64,000 nucleotides of DNA. Source: Betaproteobacteria bacterium. Its GTDB lineage: Bacteria; Pseudomonadota; Gammaproteobacteria; Burkholderiales; Burkholderiaceae_E. Below the pieces are notes generated by a model. That model made no database searches. It had not been told where the DNA came from and saw only the letters and a program-made list of their open reading frames with translations. The number at the start of each line of letters is the position of its first letter. Position 1 is the stretch's first letter. The stretch is from contig JANLRI010000058.1 of assembly GCA_031361565.1 (NCBI GenBank), forward strand, positions 6,800 through 70,799, in the 5' to 3' direction. Both the position numbers and the translations under genes were made by a program. Shown here in pieces: positions 23,001 to 26,633 of the stretch.

Positions 23001-23349
23001 CAACGAGGTAACCCCCGATGACAACAAGGCCTCCGACACCGACCGCATCTGGAAGGAATGGCTCACGAACCCACCAAAGGCCACAAAGAAGCGAGCAAGC
23101 TCCACCACGATCAAGGACCCATCCAACTCCGTGCTCGGTCAAACCAGCGACAACTTCGCCAACCTCGCCTTCACCGGCGCCGAATCTGGAGCACTCGCCG
23201 CAACCGCGCTTACCATCCTCCTCACCGGCCTCTTCCTAGCCCTAGCCGCCCGCCGCCGCCGCAACTACCCCATCTGCGTCAGCCAACCCACAAAAACCTG
23301 CGGTCGGCAACGCCACGGTCAAACAGGTCGACGGCGACTCAAGGCCTGA
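1..23349 (+). CDS. Giant cell-surface repeat protein, 5'-partial (>=7,782 aa in window): ~59 tandem DUF11-type ('conserved repeat domain') modules plus a C-terminal LAxTG sortase sorting signal
   Basis: Frame 1 is open from base 1. The first residues, GTPITYTLAVKNTGP, are already mid-repeat, so the true start lies upstream of the window. The ORF ends at TGA 23347-23349. By hand I count 58 complete plus 1 partial copies of a ~129-aa module: ADLxITKTDxxxxxxPGxxxTYTIVxSNxGPSxxxGAxVxDTLPxxLTGATWTCxAxxGAxCxxSGxGxIxDTINLxxGxxATYTLTAxxxxxATGxLxNTAxIxxPxGxxDPxxxNNSATDTDTL. The first half matches the DUF11 signature (TYTxxVxNxGPSxAxxVxVxDxLP). The C-terminus reads LAFTG, then a hydrophobic stretch, then RRRRN. 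Confidence 0.9.
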   Translation, partial: GTPITYTLAVKNTGPQTATNAAVTDTVPLLILNPSWTCSVAGQSGAASCAAPSGVGNLASTTTLGVGDIATFTVSGTVDPGAPAGTNTLTNTATVAPAAGVTDTNTANNSASDTDSIDRKADIVVTKTDGITNAVPGTTVTYTVVVANSGPSSSSGITVVDTVPAALTGVTWSCAATASSSCSAASGTGNSISTSATVAAGGSATYTVIGTLNPATPAGTNTLINTATATLPSGVLETNTTNNAATDTDNVTPQANLAITKTDGITNAIPGTAVTYTIVVSNAGPSTATNATIADTVPASITGVSWTCSPSGAGATCGAASGTGNAISQPATITTGTTVTYVVTGTLNPTTPSGTNTLANTATVSAPSGTTDPVTTNNSTTDTDNVVATADLSITKTDGITNAVPGSVVTYTVTVSNSGPSTVSNGAVNDTIPAALTGVTWTCATASAGASCAAASGSGNSIATTVTLPASAMATFTITGTLNPGTPAGTGTLTNTAAAVLPLGVTDPTPGPTQAADTDNVTPTVDLSITKTDNALSAVPGSAVTYTIVVSNAGPSTATGAAVADTVPASITGVTWSCVAAGAGASCGAASGSGNTLSTTATLPPTTTATYTVTGTLNPTTPAGVGTLVNTATVTAASGVVESGPGANSATDTDDVTPRADLVVAKTVSNATRNPGDALSYTVTVTNTGPSFVTGATVTDNLPAGLGSATWTCAITGTGTCAAASGSGNIATTVALAPAAVATFVITTSVAVSYPGGPITNTASAAVPASVTDPTPANNSASALVNVAATADLSITKTDGTASAVPGNTTTYTITVSNAGPAAVTGATVADTLPATLLGATWTCSASSGASCAAASGTGNISSTVSLPVSGTATFTLTVTVSPGATGTVANTATVTVPSGVLEVGSGANSATDTDTLAPAANLSVVKTDAMTTAIPGTNVTYTITVQNAGPSNAPGIAVADTLPAELTGATWTCTATAGSTCAAASGSGNINSSVSLLATGSASYSLTATVVSTAVGTLTNTATITPPAGIPDSTPGNNSSTDVDTLVPTGDLSITKTNGLTEVIPGTAITYTILATNAGPSTVVSATVADSLPGILLSPSWSCTATAGSSCSSASGTGSISTPITLAPGGSATFTVTGTVDQAAIGSIANTATISAPNGFTDSATTNNSATDTDPLVPKGDLSLTKVDGIANAIPGTTITYTISVSNAGPSKVSNAIVSDSVPPELQGVAWSCSAAAAGANCGTLSGSGNAISLGVTLPSGATASITVTGILAAATPAGSLVNTATVSAPSGFMDTNTANNSATDTDTIVPTGNISVTKTNSATILVPGTATTYTIVVSNSGPSTATGINVVDTLPATLTGATWTCVGASGATCPASGSGSINTTVTVPASGTATFTVTATVAPGATGSLTNTVTISTPGGFTDTTTTDNSATDTDTLTPQADLSVTKTDGITNAIPGNALTYTVTVSNAGPSTATSASLADTVPAAITGVTWTCAAAGAGASCGAASGTGNGIATTLTLAPGTTVTYNITGTLSAATPASTLSLANTATVSAPSGTTDPVSGNNSATDIDNVTPVADVALTKVSSGSKVAGQAITYTLTATNAGPSLASAVTITDTIPASILTPTWTCTTAGGATCTPASGSGNLSALASIPVGGTVVVSITGTIDPNTTGSIVNNATASQPASTTDPSLANNTPSVTDPITIVTDLSVSKTRSGAAVAGATVGYTVVVTNSGPSTAVGATLNDPIPTNIASWTWTCVASSGSSCGTASGTGAIATTQTLLASGTATYAIVATIAPATTGSIAQVATVAAAVPANDPVLTNNSATNNATIAVNVDLSITKTDSATTATAGSPITYSIVVGNAGPSKAVNAVVADSPPAVLTGTTWTCTATAGASCGAANGSGSINDTVSINPGATVTYSFSATLSPSAPLGVGVLINQATVTVASGTTELAAANNSATDTDDVNGRADLKITKTDGSTASTPGTAITYTVVASNLGPSAVTSAAVTDTFPATLIGGSWTCAATAGASCAAASGSGSIVSNVSMVPGATVTYTITGTVSASATGTIANSASISPPSGVVDPVAGNNSATDTNTLSPSADLVITKTNGVSSSTAGTSTTYTIVASNNGPSSVVGASVVDTLPPELTGATWTCVASSGASCAASGTGSISDTVNLPAGTNVTYTLITTIASGATGSVANTATIATPSGVVDGVPGNNSATDTDSLSSSADLQITKTNGVSSLTPGNSVTYTVVATNAGPSAVVGATVTDSLPAVLTGATWTCAVAGGATCAASGTGSISTPVDLPVGASATFTLTGTISPAATGTLANTASIATPSGVTDPLAANNSATDSDPLAAVADVSITKTDGVAALTPGGTVIYTVVAGNAGPSNVVGATVTDSLPVVLTGATWTCAVAGGATCAASGSGSISDTVNLPVGGTATYTITATVSPTATGTITNTASIAVPGSVTDPSAANNTASDTDTLAPAADLAITKTDSALTAIPGNTVTYTIVASNNGPSVVTGAPVTDTLPASLTGATWTCVASAGGTCTAASGSGSISTSVNLPVAGTATFTLNATVVASATGTLVNTATIGASSGVADGSPANNSATDSDTLAPTADLRITKTDSSTTAVPGSPITYTIVASNFGPSAAVGVVVADTLPASLTGATWICTATAGATCAASGSGSISDTINLAVGSTATYTLSATVLASATGSLANTATITAPSGLTDPTPANNSATDTDTLVPTADLQITKTDSALSEIPGTSITYVIVAKNIGPSVATGAVVSDSLPASLTGATWTCAATAGATCAASGSGSISDTINLAVGATATYTLTGTISSTATGSLTNTATITAPGTVTDPTAGNNSATDTDPLVVTADLSITKTDGSLTEIPGTGVVYTIVASNTGPSAVTGAVVADTIPAALTGASWTCVASAGATCTASGSGSINDTINLGVGATATYTLNATVLASATGSLVNTATITAPGTVTDPTPANNSATDTNSLSAQADLAITKTDGSPSEVPGTSVTYTIVASNNGPSAVTGAVIADTLPATLTAATWTCAATAGATCAASGSGSINDTINLAVGATATYTLQATIVASATGSLANTATITAPGTVTDPTPANNSATDTDTLVVTADLAITKTDFSANATPGTAITYTVVASNAGPSAVVGAVVADTLPASLTGATWTCVSTAGATCTASGSGSINDTINLAVGATATYTITATISSTATGSLTNTATITAPSGLTDPTTANNTATDTDTLNPTADLTITKTDSALSAIPGTSVTYTVVASNAGPSAAVGAVVADAIPASLTSATWTCVATAGATCAASGTGNINDTINLAVGATATYTITATISSTATGSLTNTATITAPSGLTDPTAANNSATDTDTLVITAELAITKTDGALSAIPGTSVTYTIVASNNGPSAVVGAVIADTVPASMSAVSWTCVATAGATCAASGSGSINDTINLAVGATATYTLTGTISAAATGTLANTATIAAPPSVTDPTAGNNSATDSDALGPRAELSITKTDSALNEIPGTSVTYVIVARNAGPSTANGVVVADALPATLSSATWTCAASAGATCAASGSGSINDTINLASGATATYTLTATISSTATSSLTNTATITSPAGVTDTNTLDNTVTDTDTLVVTADLAITKTDSAVSKIPGTSVTYTVVASNSGPSAVTGAVVADTLPASLTAATWTCVATAGATCAPSGSGSINDTIDLAVGSTATYTLQAIVAASATGSLSNTATITAPATVTDPTAGNNSATDTDTLVITADLAITKTDSALSEIPGTSVTYTVVAYNNGPSNVVGTVVADSLPAALTGATWTCVATAGATCVASGTGSINDTINLAVGATATYTITATISASATGTLTNTATITAPATVTDPTAGNNSATDADSLIVTGDLAITKTDSALSEIPGTAVTYTIVASNNGPSAVVGAVVTDSIPAALTGATWTCVATVGATCSSSGSGSINDTINLAVGATATYTLQATIAASATGSLANTATITAPASANDPTAGNNSATDTDTLGAQADLQITKTDSALSEIPGTSVTYTIVASNNGPSAVTGAVIADTLPVSLTAATWTCAATAGATCSASGTGNINDTINLAVGATATYTLTATISAAATGTFTNTATITAPASVTDTTPANNAATDTDTLNPVADLAITKTDSALSEIPGTTVTYSIVASNNGPSAVIGAAINDTPPAALTGATWTCVATAGATCAASGTGNINDTINLAVGATATYTLTATISASATGTLTNAATITAPSGTTDPTPGNNSATDTDTLNPTADLRITKTDSALSEIPGTSVTYTIIASNNGPSAVTGAAIADTLPASLTSSTWTCAATAGANCAASGTGNINDTINLAVGATATYTITATISSTATGSLANTASITAPATLTDPIAGNNSATDTDTLNPTADLAITKTDGSLAEVPGTGIVYTIVATNNGPSAVVGAVVADTLPASLTAATWTCVATAGATCTASGTSNINDTINLGVGATATYTLTATISSTATGSLTNTATITAPSGTTDPTSANNTANDTDGLGAQADLQITKTDSALSETPGTSVTYTIVASNNGPSTVVGAVVADTLPATLTGAAWTCVATAGATCAASGTGNINDTINLAVGATATYTLTATVSSTATGTLANTATITAPASVTDTTPSNDTATDTDTLNPVADLGITKTDSALSGIPGTTITYTVVASNNGPSAVVGAIVADTLPAALTGATWTCVATAGATCAASGSGNINDTINLAPGATATYTLTATISSAATGSLSNTTTITAPAGTTDPTSGNNSATDTDTLNPIADLAISKTDSSANAVPGTTVTYTIVASNNGPSVVVGALIADNLPVALSASTWTCVATAGATCAASGTGNINDTINLAVGATATYTLTATISSTATGTLTNTATITAPAGTTDPTPTNNAATDTNSLVPTADLQITKTDNTLTAVPGTSTTYMIVATNSGPSTVTGSVVADNVPGALTGVSWTCVATAGATCTASGTGNINDTINLASGATATYTLSGAIPASANGSLTNTATISTPTGITDPTPANNTATDVDTLGPRAEISITKTDNATTAIPGTPITYTLVASNSGPSIANGVIVTDTLPTTLSGATWTCAPLAGATCAASGTGNINDTINLPVGATATYTLTATISSAATGTLTNSATVTAPAGVGENNVANNSATDTDTLLTTADLAITKTDNASTAIPGTPITYTIVASNSGPSTVIGTTITDTLPAALTGANWTCVASAGATCAASGSGSISDVINLAAGATATYTITANVSATATGSLANTATISTPTGVVDPTPGNNSATDTNTLTPRADLAITKTDNAATAIPGTPITYTIVASNSGPSTVIGTTINDTLPAALGGSAWTCVASAGATCGAANGTGDITDTIDLAVGATTTYTLTASISPSATGTLVNTATISTPIGVVDPSSANNAATDTTTLVPTADLRITKTDNSATAIPGAPITYTVVATNNGPSAVTGAVVNDTLPAYLTGATWTCVATAGTTCPTASGTGNINNTLNLAPGASATYTVTASVSSTATGTLTNTATLSTPTGITDPTPANNSATDTDTFVITADLSVTKTDNAASAIPGTPITYTITATNNGPSTITGATVTDTLPTALSSATWTCVASAGATCAASRTGNINDIINLAVGATATYTVTANINPSASGTLANTATISAPTGVFDPSPGNNSATDSNTLVPTADLRITKTDNSLTAIPGTPITYTIMATNNGPANATGATVTDTLPAILSGAAWTCVATAGASCTPTGFGSINDTVNLSVGSIATYTVAVNIDPAATGTLTNTARIIVPAGVTDPTPGNDADVDTLVPTADLRITKTDNSLTATPGTPITYTIVATNAGPSNAMGATITDTLPAALQGALNSATWTCVPTATGTCTASGTGSINDTINLAVGASATYTLTALIDPSATGTLTNSATISAPSYITDPTPSNNTATDTSTLAPSADLAITKTDGKTNVVPGQATTYTIVATNNGLSTVTNAIVTDVFPAAISAISWSCAASAGASCVASGTGNINQLVTLLPGATVTFSATGTVDENASGLLSNTATTTAPAGTIDPIATNNSATDTNTLIPESDLRIIKTNSTLTIVPGTSTTYTITATNFGPSKLTGATIADTLPAGLSNAVWSCVASAGATCVASGTGDLNQLVNLDNGASVTYTVTANIAPSARGTLANTATATVPSNVLDPTLSNNTATDTDTLTPSADLTLTKTNSALTTVPGLGTTYTIVAINNGPSTVVGAVVTDTLPTSLTGAIWTCVASAGATCAASGSGSINDTINLAVGATATYKLTATISPAAVGTLTNSATLTTPADTTDPVTVNNTAADTDTLTPRADLSIAKTQTGPAIPGATVQYSIAVSNAGPSNAVGAIVNDILPAQLTNATWICTTSGPGATTSAANACTAGGTGNITDLVNLGVGATATYTLTAIIDESSIGTLTNTATVAAAPGTTDPNTTNDSATVTSPLVPTAELVVTKTSDAPAAGVIAGSTLSYTITVTNNGPSFVPSARINDTLPANLTNATWTCAATPGATCSATSGAASIALAANLANHASVTITVTGTVSAAATGNLTNSAIAALPTSVVDPTPDTTPGAIIGETKATVTNPVRVVGDLVITKTNNGTELIPGLTTSYIIIVTNNGPSDLKDVVVTDVLPAGLSNGTWTCDATSTALCSAANGTGNLNTTINLANGASTTFTMNATVDMNAPFGPLTNMATIAPATGSSDPIATNNTATDTDTVTPKVDLAVTKTNGTLSTVPGTLITYTIMVSNSGPSSAVATRVVDTLSALLTGSTWSCVALAGSTCLTASGTGDLNTTATIAPNSSVTYTVSGTVLPALRGTLTNTATATAATGTTDTDTTNNTGSDADTLIPAVALSITKTDGRTNASSGTNAVYTIVVSNAGPSTALNATIADALPSLATTARWTCVATAGSTCGTTAGSTSPNTTIASIAPNGSVTFTVTVTTDAAKRGDLVNTATVTASEPEANTNDNSATDVTGLIPSADVSIVKSDGASEQIPGTKATYTIQVRNQGPSDALGVHVIDSLPNALTNASWTCVGDTGARCAAASGSGSIDTTVDLAASSVITFTLTATVDQAATGTLRNTATATVRADITDPDATNNSASDESLLSPHADLSIEKTNDLDTVVAGEDVTYKVTVRNSGPSAVNDATVLDSVPAGLLDPSWTCAASVGATCGSRDSDPRELNEHVNIPANGYVVYTMTAHVDPAATGTISNTATVNSFGIIDTQAGNETATDEDPIIIKADLGITKTNNATISTPGTDTTYSITVVNNGPSATGDFTITDKLSELLTNAEWTCAASAGGICTASGTGDVVAIASLPAKGTATITLRARISYNAKGSLTNTATLDLPLTIVDPDPTNNEATDTDTLAAKVDLKIAKRHIAPLVAGSTATYELTITNAGPSTAFGAHVFDQLPDALLNATWTCADNIGAHCLTKSGTAGSSGEVALDVDLLPTATIVITVTAMISPESGAELSNTATVAGTDGSDTDLSNNSATDVGGVTRMADVKITKSDGREWAVQGRENGYTLTVSNGGPSSVKGVRVLDLVPNVYSDVHWSCEVVTNPTQPFVARIVASCGSSEGVGNVDLLVDLPVGAVVEIFVVGTLSKTALAPVTNTTSAALPDGYNEVTPDDNKASDTDRIWKEWLTNPPKATKKRASSTTIKDPSNSVLGQTSDNFANLAFTGAESGALAATALTILLTGLFLALAARRRRNYPICVSQPTKTCGRQRHGQTGRRRLKA
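23164..23265 (+). other. Cell-wall sorting signal (LAFTG motif, hydrophobic segment, RRRRN tail)
   Basis: Translation NLAFTGAESGALAATALTILLTGLFLALAARRRRN. LAxTG is the motif recognised by class E sortases of Actinobacteria (established knowledge). Confidence 0.75.
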
Positions 23350-23675
23350 GTGATTCCATGATGAACACTCTTGGTGGCGAATTAGTGAATGAGGCTTCGT
23401 CGTCGGAGAGTTACTTCGTTGATCCAGCAGGTCACTCGCACCCGTGGTGTTGGCGACGGGGGTAACGGGGGCGCCCGTCGTCGTCGTCCGAAGGGAGCGT
23501 TGAAACCCTTGGGTAACTGCGATTGACGGATCGGCCGGACTGAGCTTCGCAGCGTCTCGAGCCACTGAGCGGCTCACTGGTTGGGATTGCGTCCCTCGGC
23601 AGGCGGATTGGAAGAATTCTTGCCGCTCATGATTCATTCTGAAGTACCGAGACGGCGAAAAAGTATGCGCAACAT

Positions 23676-25271
23676 TTGGAGCAAATCGATAAAGTTGGTC
23701 GCGTGAGTACTTCTACAGACGCCCTCGAATCCTCCGAGCTGGCGCGCCCCATCTCCACTTCGCATCGAGTCCCGTCACAGCGTCCTTTCCAACCAGCAAG
23801 CCGGATCGGGGACTCCACCACCGAGGAGCGCTGGGTCACCGGCGACAACTTTGGCCTGCGAATTCCAGCTGATCCCGAAGCTCTTATGGCAGCTGGCCCC
23901 GAGTTCCTCACGACGGCGTTCCACGCCGCCGGGGCACTAGACCCAAGCAACAGTGTCACTGCCATTGTTGAGTCCTCGGAGTTCTTCGACGGCGGGAGCG
24001 GCAAGAAGCTCAAACTGACCGTGGCATACGAACGGCCAGACACTGCTTTGCCAGAGCGCCTCTTCGTAAAGTTTTCGCGTCACTTCGACAATGAACTCTG
24101 GGACAGCGCCAAGTGGATGATGCTTTCGGAAGTGAACTTCGCGTTGCTCTCACGATCCTCAGAATTCCCCGTCATGGTCCCGCTCTTAATGTTCGCCGAC
24201 CTCGAAGCGTCATCAGATACCGGCTTGCTCATCACCGAGTTGATCCCCTACGGCGAGGGCACTGTTGAACCGGCGCACGCCAAATGCATGGACTACCTCA
24301 TCCCCGATGCGGTTGAGCATTACCGTGCCATCTTCCGGAGCTTGGGCCGGTTGTCTGGGGCCCACCGTGCTGGAAAACTTGCGCCGGAATTCGACGACGG
24401 CTTTCCCGATGCCGAACAGGGATCAGCGCAGTTTCGAATCCCTGTTTCTGACGAAGTTTCGGTGCGGCGAGCGAATCGTATGTTCGATTTCATTCAACGC
24501 TATCCGAAACTGTTTCCGGAGCATCTTCACGATCCCGCGCTACGCGCACAGTTCATTGACTACATGGCCGACGTGTTCGCCGCCCGCGACCGTATCAACG
24601 AGAATCTCCTCAGCGGACATCCTCATCTCGTTGCATTTGGACACTGGAACGGCAACATCGACAACAGTTGGTTCGAAAGAGATGTCCACGGTGAGCTTCA
24701 GTGCGGCTTCATTGATTGGGCCAACTGTGGACAGCTGCCTGTCACGCAGATAGTCGTCGGTGCGCTCAGCTGCGCCGAGCCATACGTTTGGGCCGACCAC
24801 CTAGATGAGCTGTTGGGCATATTCATCGAAGAGTTCGAGGCCCAAGGAGCCCAACTCGATGCCGCTGGGCCCCAACTCCGCTTCGCTTCGAGACCCATCG
24901 GAGGGTCCAACTCCAACCGGCAAGCCGGATCGGGGACCCAACTCGATGCCGCTGGGCCCCAACTCCGCTTCGCTTCGAGACCCATCGGAGGGTCCAACTC
25001 CAACCGGCAAGCCGGATCGGGGACCCGCAAGCTGAACCTTGACGAGCTGAGCCTGCACGTCCGGCTTTCCATGGCGTCTAACTTCGGTTTATCAATGGCA
25101 GCACCAGTGGCCATCGCTCGCGACATCGACGACATCGATGCCGTCACCGGTAGTCGGGACCCCATCTTCCGGAACCGCTATTCCTCACGAGTCATGTTGC
25201 ACTCGATGACGCTCATGCTGGAGAACTGGCAGGCTCTCAAGCTCGGGAAGCTGGTCCGCCAACTTCGGTGA
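23676..25271 (+). CDS. Phosphotransferase-fold (APH/ChoK/EcKL-like kinase family) protein with an inserted 2 x 29-aa tandem duplication
   Basis: The N-lobe-like stretch LFVKFSRHF follows a G-rich segment. A catalytic-loop-like FGHWNGNIDNSWF and a metal-binding-like FIDWANCG are present. The start is TTG 23676 or GTG 23703 and is uncertain. Family assignment is by motif only. Confidence 0.6.
   Translation: MEQIDKVGRVSTSTDALESSELARPISTSHRVPSQRPFQPASRIGDSTTEERWVTGDNFGLRIPADPEALMAAGPEFLTTAFHAAGALDPSNSVTAIVESSEFFDGGSGKKLKLTVAYERPDTALPERLFVKFSRHFDNELWDSAKWMMLSEVNFALLSRSSEFPVMVPLLMFADLEASSDTGLLITELIPYGEGTVEPAHAKCMDYLIPDAVEHYRAIFRSLGRLSGAHRAGKLAPEFDDGFPDAEQGSAQFRIPVSDEVSVRRANRMFDFIQRYPKLFPEHLHDPALRAQFIDYMADVFAARDRINENLLSGHPHLVAFGHWNGNIDNSWFERDVHGELQCGFIDWANCGQLPVTQIVVGALSCAEPYVWADHLDELLGIFIEEFEAQGAQLDAAGPQLRFASRPIGGSNSNRQAGSGTQLDAAGPQLRFASRPIGGSNSNRQAGSGTRKLNLDELSLHVRLSMASNFGLSMAAPVAIARDIDDIDAVTGSRDPIFRNRYSSRVMLHSMTLMLENWQALKLGKLVRQLR
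24850..25026 (+). repeat. Perfect 87-nt direct tandem duplication (2 copies) inside the kinase-fold CDS
   Basis: cccaactcgatgccgctgggccccaactccgcttcgcttcgagacccatcggagggtccaactccaaccggcaagccggatcgggga occurs at 24850 and again at 24937. It is in frame and encodes QLDAAGPQLRFASRPIGGSNSNRQAGSGT twice. Confidence 0.95.
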
Positions 25272-25345
25272 CGGTCGTCGATGCGAAAGGTGCGCTCGCC
25301 CGCTGGTGTCGCGCCCCAATCGCCATCCGCAGCAAACGCCTAGCT

Positions 25346-26497
25346 CTACTGAAACGGCGAAGTACTCGCAGAAACCCGGACGCCCAAACCGGGAAGATCG
25401 TTGGCCAACACCCGTCCCTCCACCAAAACCGCGCCCACAAACGGATCGTTGCGGAGGTTCAAATTTGAATCCAAATCAAGCTGATCGGCCAAGCCACCGA
25501 GCGCCGCCGCAGCACTAATGGCCAACGACGATTCGCCCGCACACCCAATTGCGACCGCAAGTCCATGAGCCCGGGCCGTGTGGATAATCGCCAGGGCACC
25601 ACTGATCCCACCACACCTCATGAGCTTGAGCGACACCCCATGAATACGGTCGGCAAAACAGGCAACGTCGGCCGCATTGTGAATGGACTCATCGGCAAAG
25701 ATCGGCAGCTCCGAATTGCGATACAGACCAAGCAACGCGTCCTCATCGCCCTCGGCCAGCGGCTGCTCCACAGAGCTAACCCCCCGATCGGCTAGCCACG
25801 GAATCATCTCCTGGGCCACCAACGCATGCCATCCACCGTCGACGTCAACGCGCCACGAGGGCCGAAATCCAGCCGCTTGAGCCGATTCCTGGGCGGCGGC
25901 AAACATAGCCTGGTCAGCCTCGAACCCCTCCGGCGACCCGAGCTTCACCTTAAGCACCCGCGCTCCTGTCCGCGCTAGAACCTCCGGGACCTTGGCTCGA
26001 ATCACGTCGACAGAATCCATGCCAATGGTGAGCGACGTCGGCACCGCACGATCCCGGTCAACCCCAAGAAGCTGCCACGTAGGAAGACCGGTATGCTTAC
26101 CTATCCAGTCCCAACACGCCATATCCAGCGCAGCACGGACCGCCGAATCCCCGCGACCAACCGGGCCGAGAATCTGCTCCATCCGTTGCAATTCCGTCGG
26201 CGCTAGGGCTCCCAGCAGCACATTCCAGCCGGCCACTGCAGCCTCAGCCAGCTCCAGCGTGTCACTTGCAACGCCCGTAACGCCGGTTTCGCCCATCACT
26301 GCCGTTGCGCCCGTATTGTCGATCGGAGCCATCTCCCCCAGGCCCACAATCCCGTCATGGCCGACTTGGCGCACAATCCCGTCATGGCCGTGATGTTCGA
26401 CGGAAACCACCAGGTTGGTTGACCCGTGAATGGTTCCTCTGCTGTTGGTTAACGGGTGGAGCTTAACGAGATCAATACGTTTCGAGGACAATCGCAC
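25346..26497 (-). CDS. Enolase-superfamily enzyme (mandelate racemase/muconate lactonizing family, dipeptide-epimerase-like)
   Basis: The family motifs occur in the expected order: KVKLG, DVDGGW, VEQPL, IFADES, LKLMRCGGI. The N-terminal capping region contains GHDGIVRQVGHDGIVGLGE, a 27-nt partial duplication at 26345-26389. Confidence 0.75.
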   Translation of the reverse strand: MRLSSKRIDLVKLHPLTNSRGTIHGSTNLVVSVEHHGHDGIVRQVGHDGIVGLGEMAPIDNTGATAVMGETGVTGVASDTLELAEAAVAGWNVLLGALAPTELQRMEQILGPVGRGDSAVRAALDMACWDWIGKHTGLPTWQLLGVDRDRAVPTSLTIGMDSVDVIRAKVPEVLARTGARVLKVKLGSPEGFEADQAMFAAAQESAQAAGFRPSWRVDVDGGWHALVAQEMIPWLADRGVSSVEQPLAEGDEDALLGLYRNSELPIFADESIHNAADVACFADRIHGVSLKLMRCGGISGALAIIHTARAHGLAVAIGCAGESSLAISAAAALGGLADQLDLDSNLNLRNDPFVGAVLVEGRVLANDLPGLGVRVSASTSPFQ

Positions 26498-26633
26498 GCC
26501 GCAACGTTAGAACCCAACGCAAGTTCTGGGGCCGTTTCACATCACGTTCCCCTGTCGACGCCTGATGGTCCGTATCAGTCGACTTCCCTTTGGACCCTCA
26601 ACAGCATCCGTGGGCCGGCCAGTCAGAGGCCAG

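Noticed and set aside
15-23142. Dozens of minus-strand and alternative-frame ORFs of 60-267 aa listed in the track across the giant gene. Many have regular sizes (61-66 aa or 125-129 aa).
   Set aside because: They step with the 387-nt period of the sense-strand repeat, have Ala/Val/Gly-rich composition typical of antisense reading of G+C-rich coding DNA, and overlap a single uninterrupted 23-kb sense ORF with clear domain homology. They are repeat shadows, not genes.
23242-24043. Minus-strand ORFs 23242-23637 (131 aa) and 23627-24043 (138 aa) downstream of the giant gene, checked as possible sortase or accessory genes.
   Set aside because: They have no sortase motifs (TLxTC) or any other recognisable domain. 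One overlaps the giant gene's 3' end and the other is antisense to the kinase-fold CDS.
24698-25165. Alternative-frame and antisense ORFs spanning the 87-nt duplication (24805-25035 plus strand, 24801-25058 and 24698-25165 minus strand).
   Set aside because: All frames stay open simply because the duplicated unit lacks stops. The surrounding kinase-fold frame is continuous and homologous on both sides.
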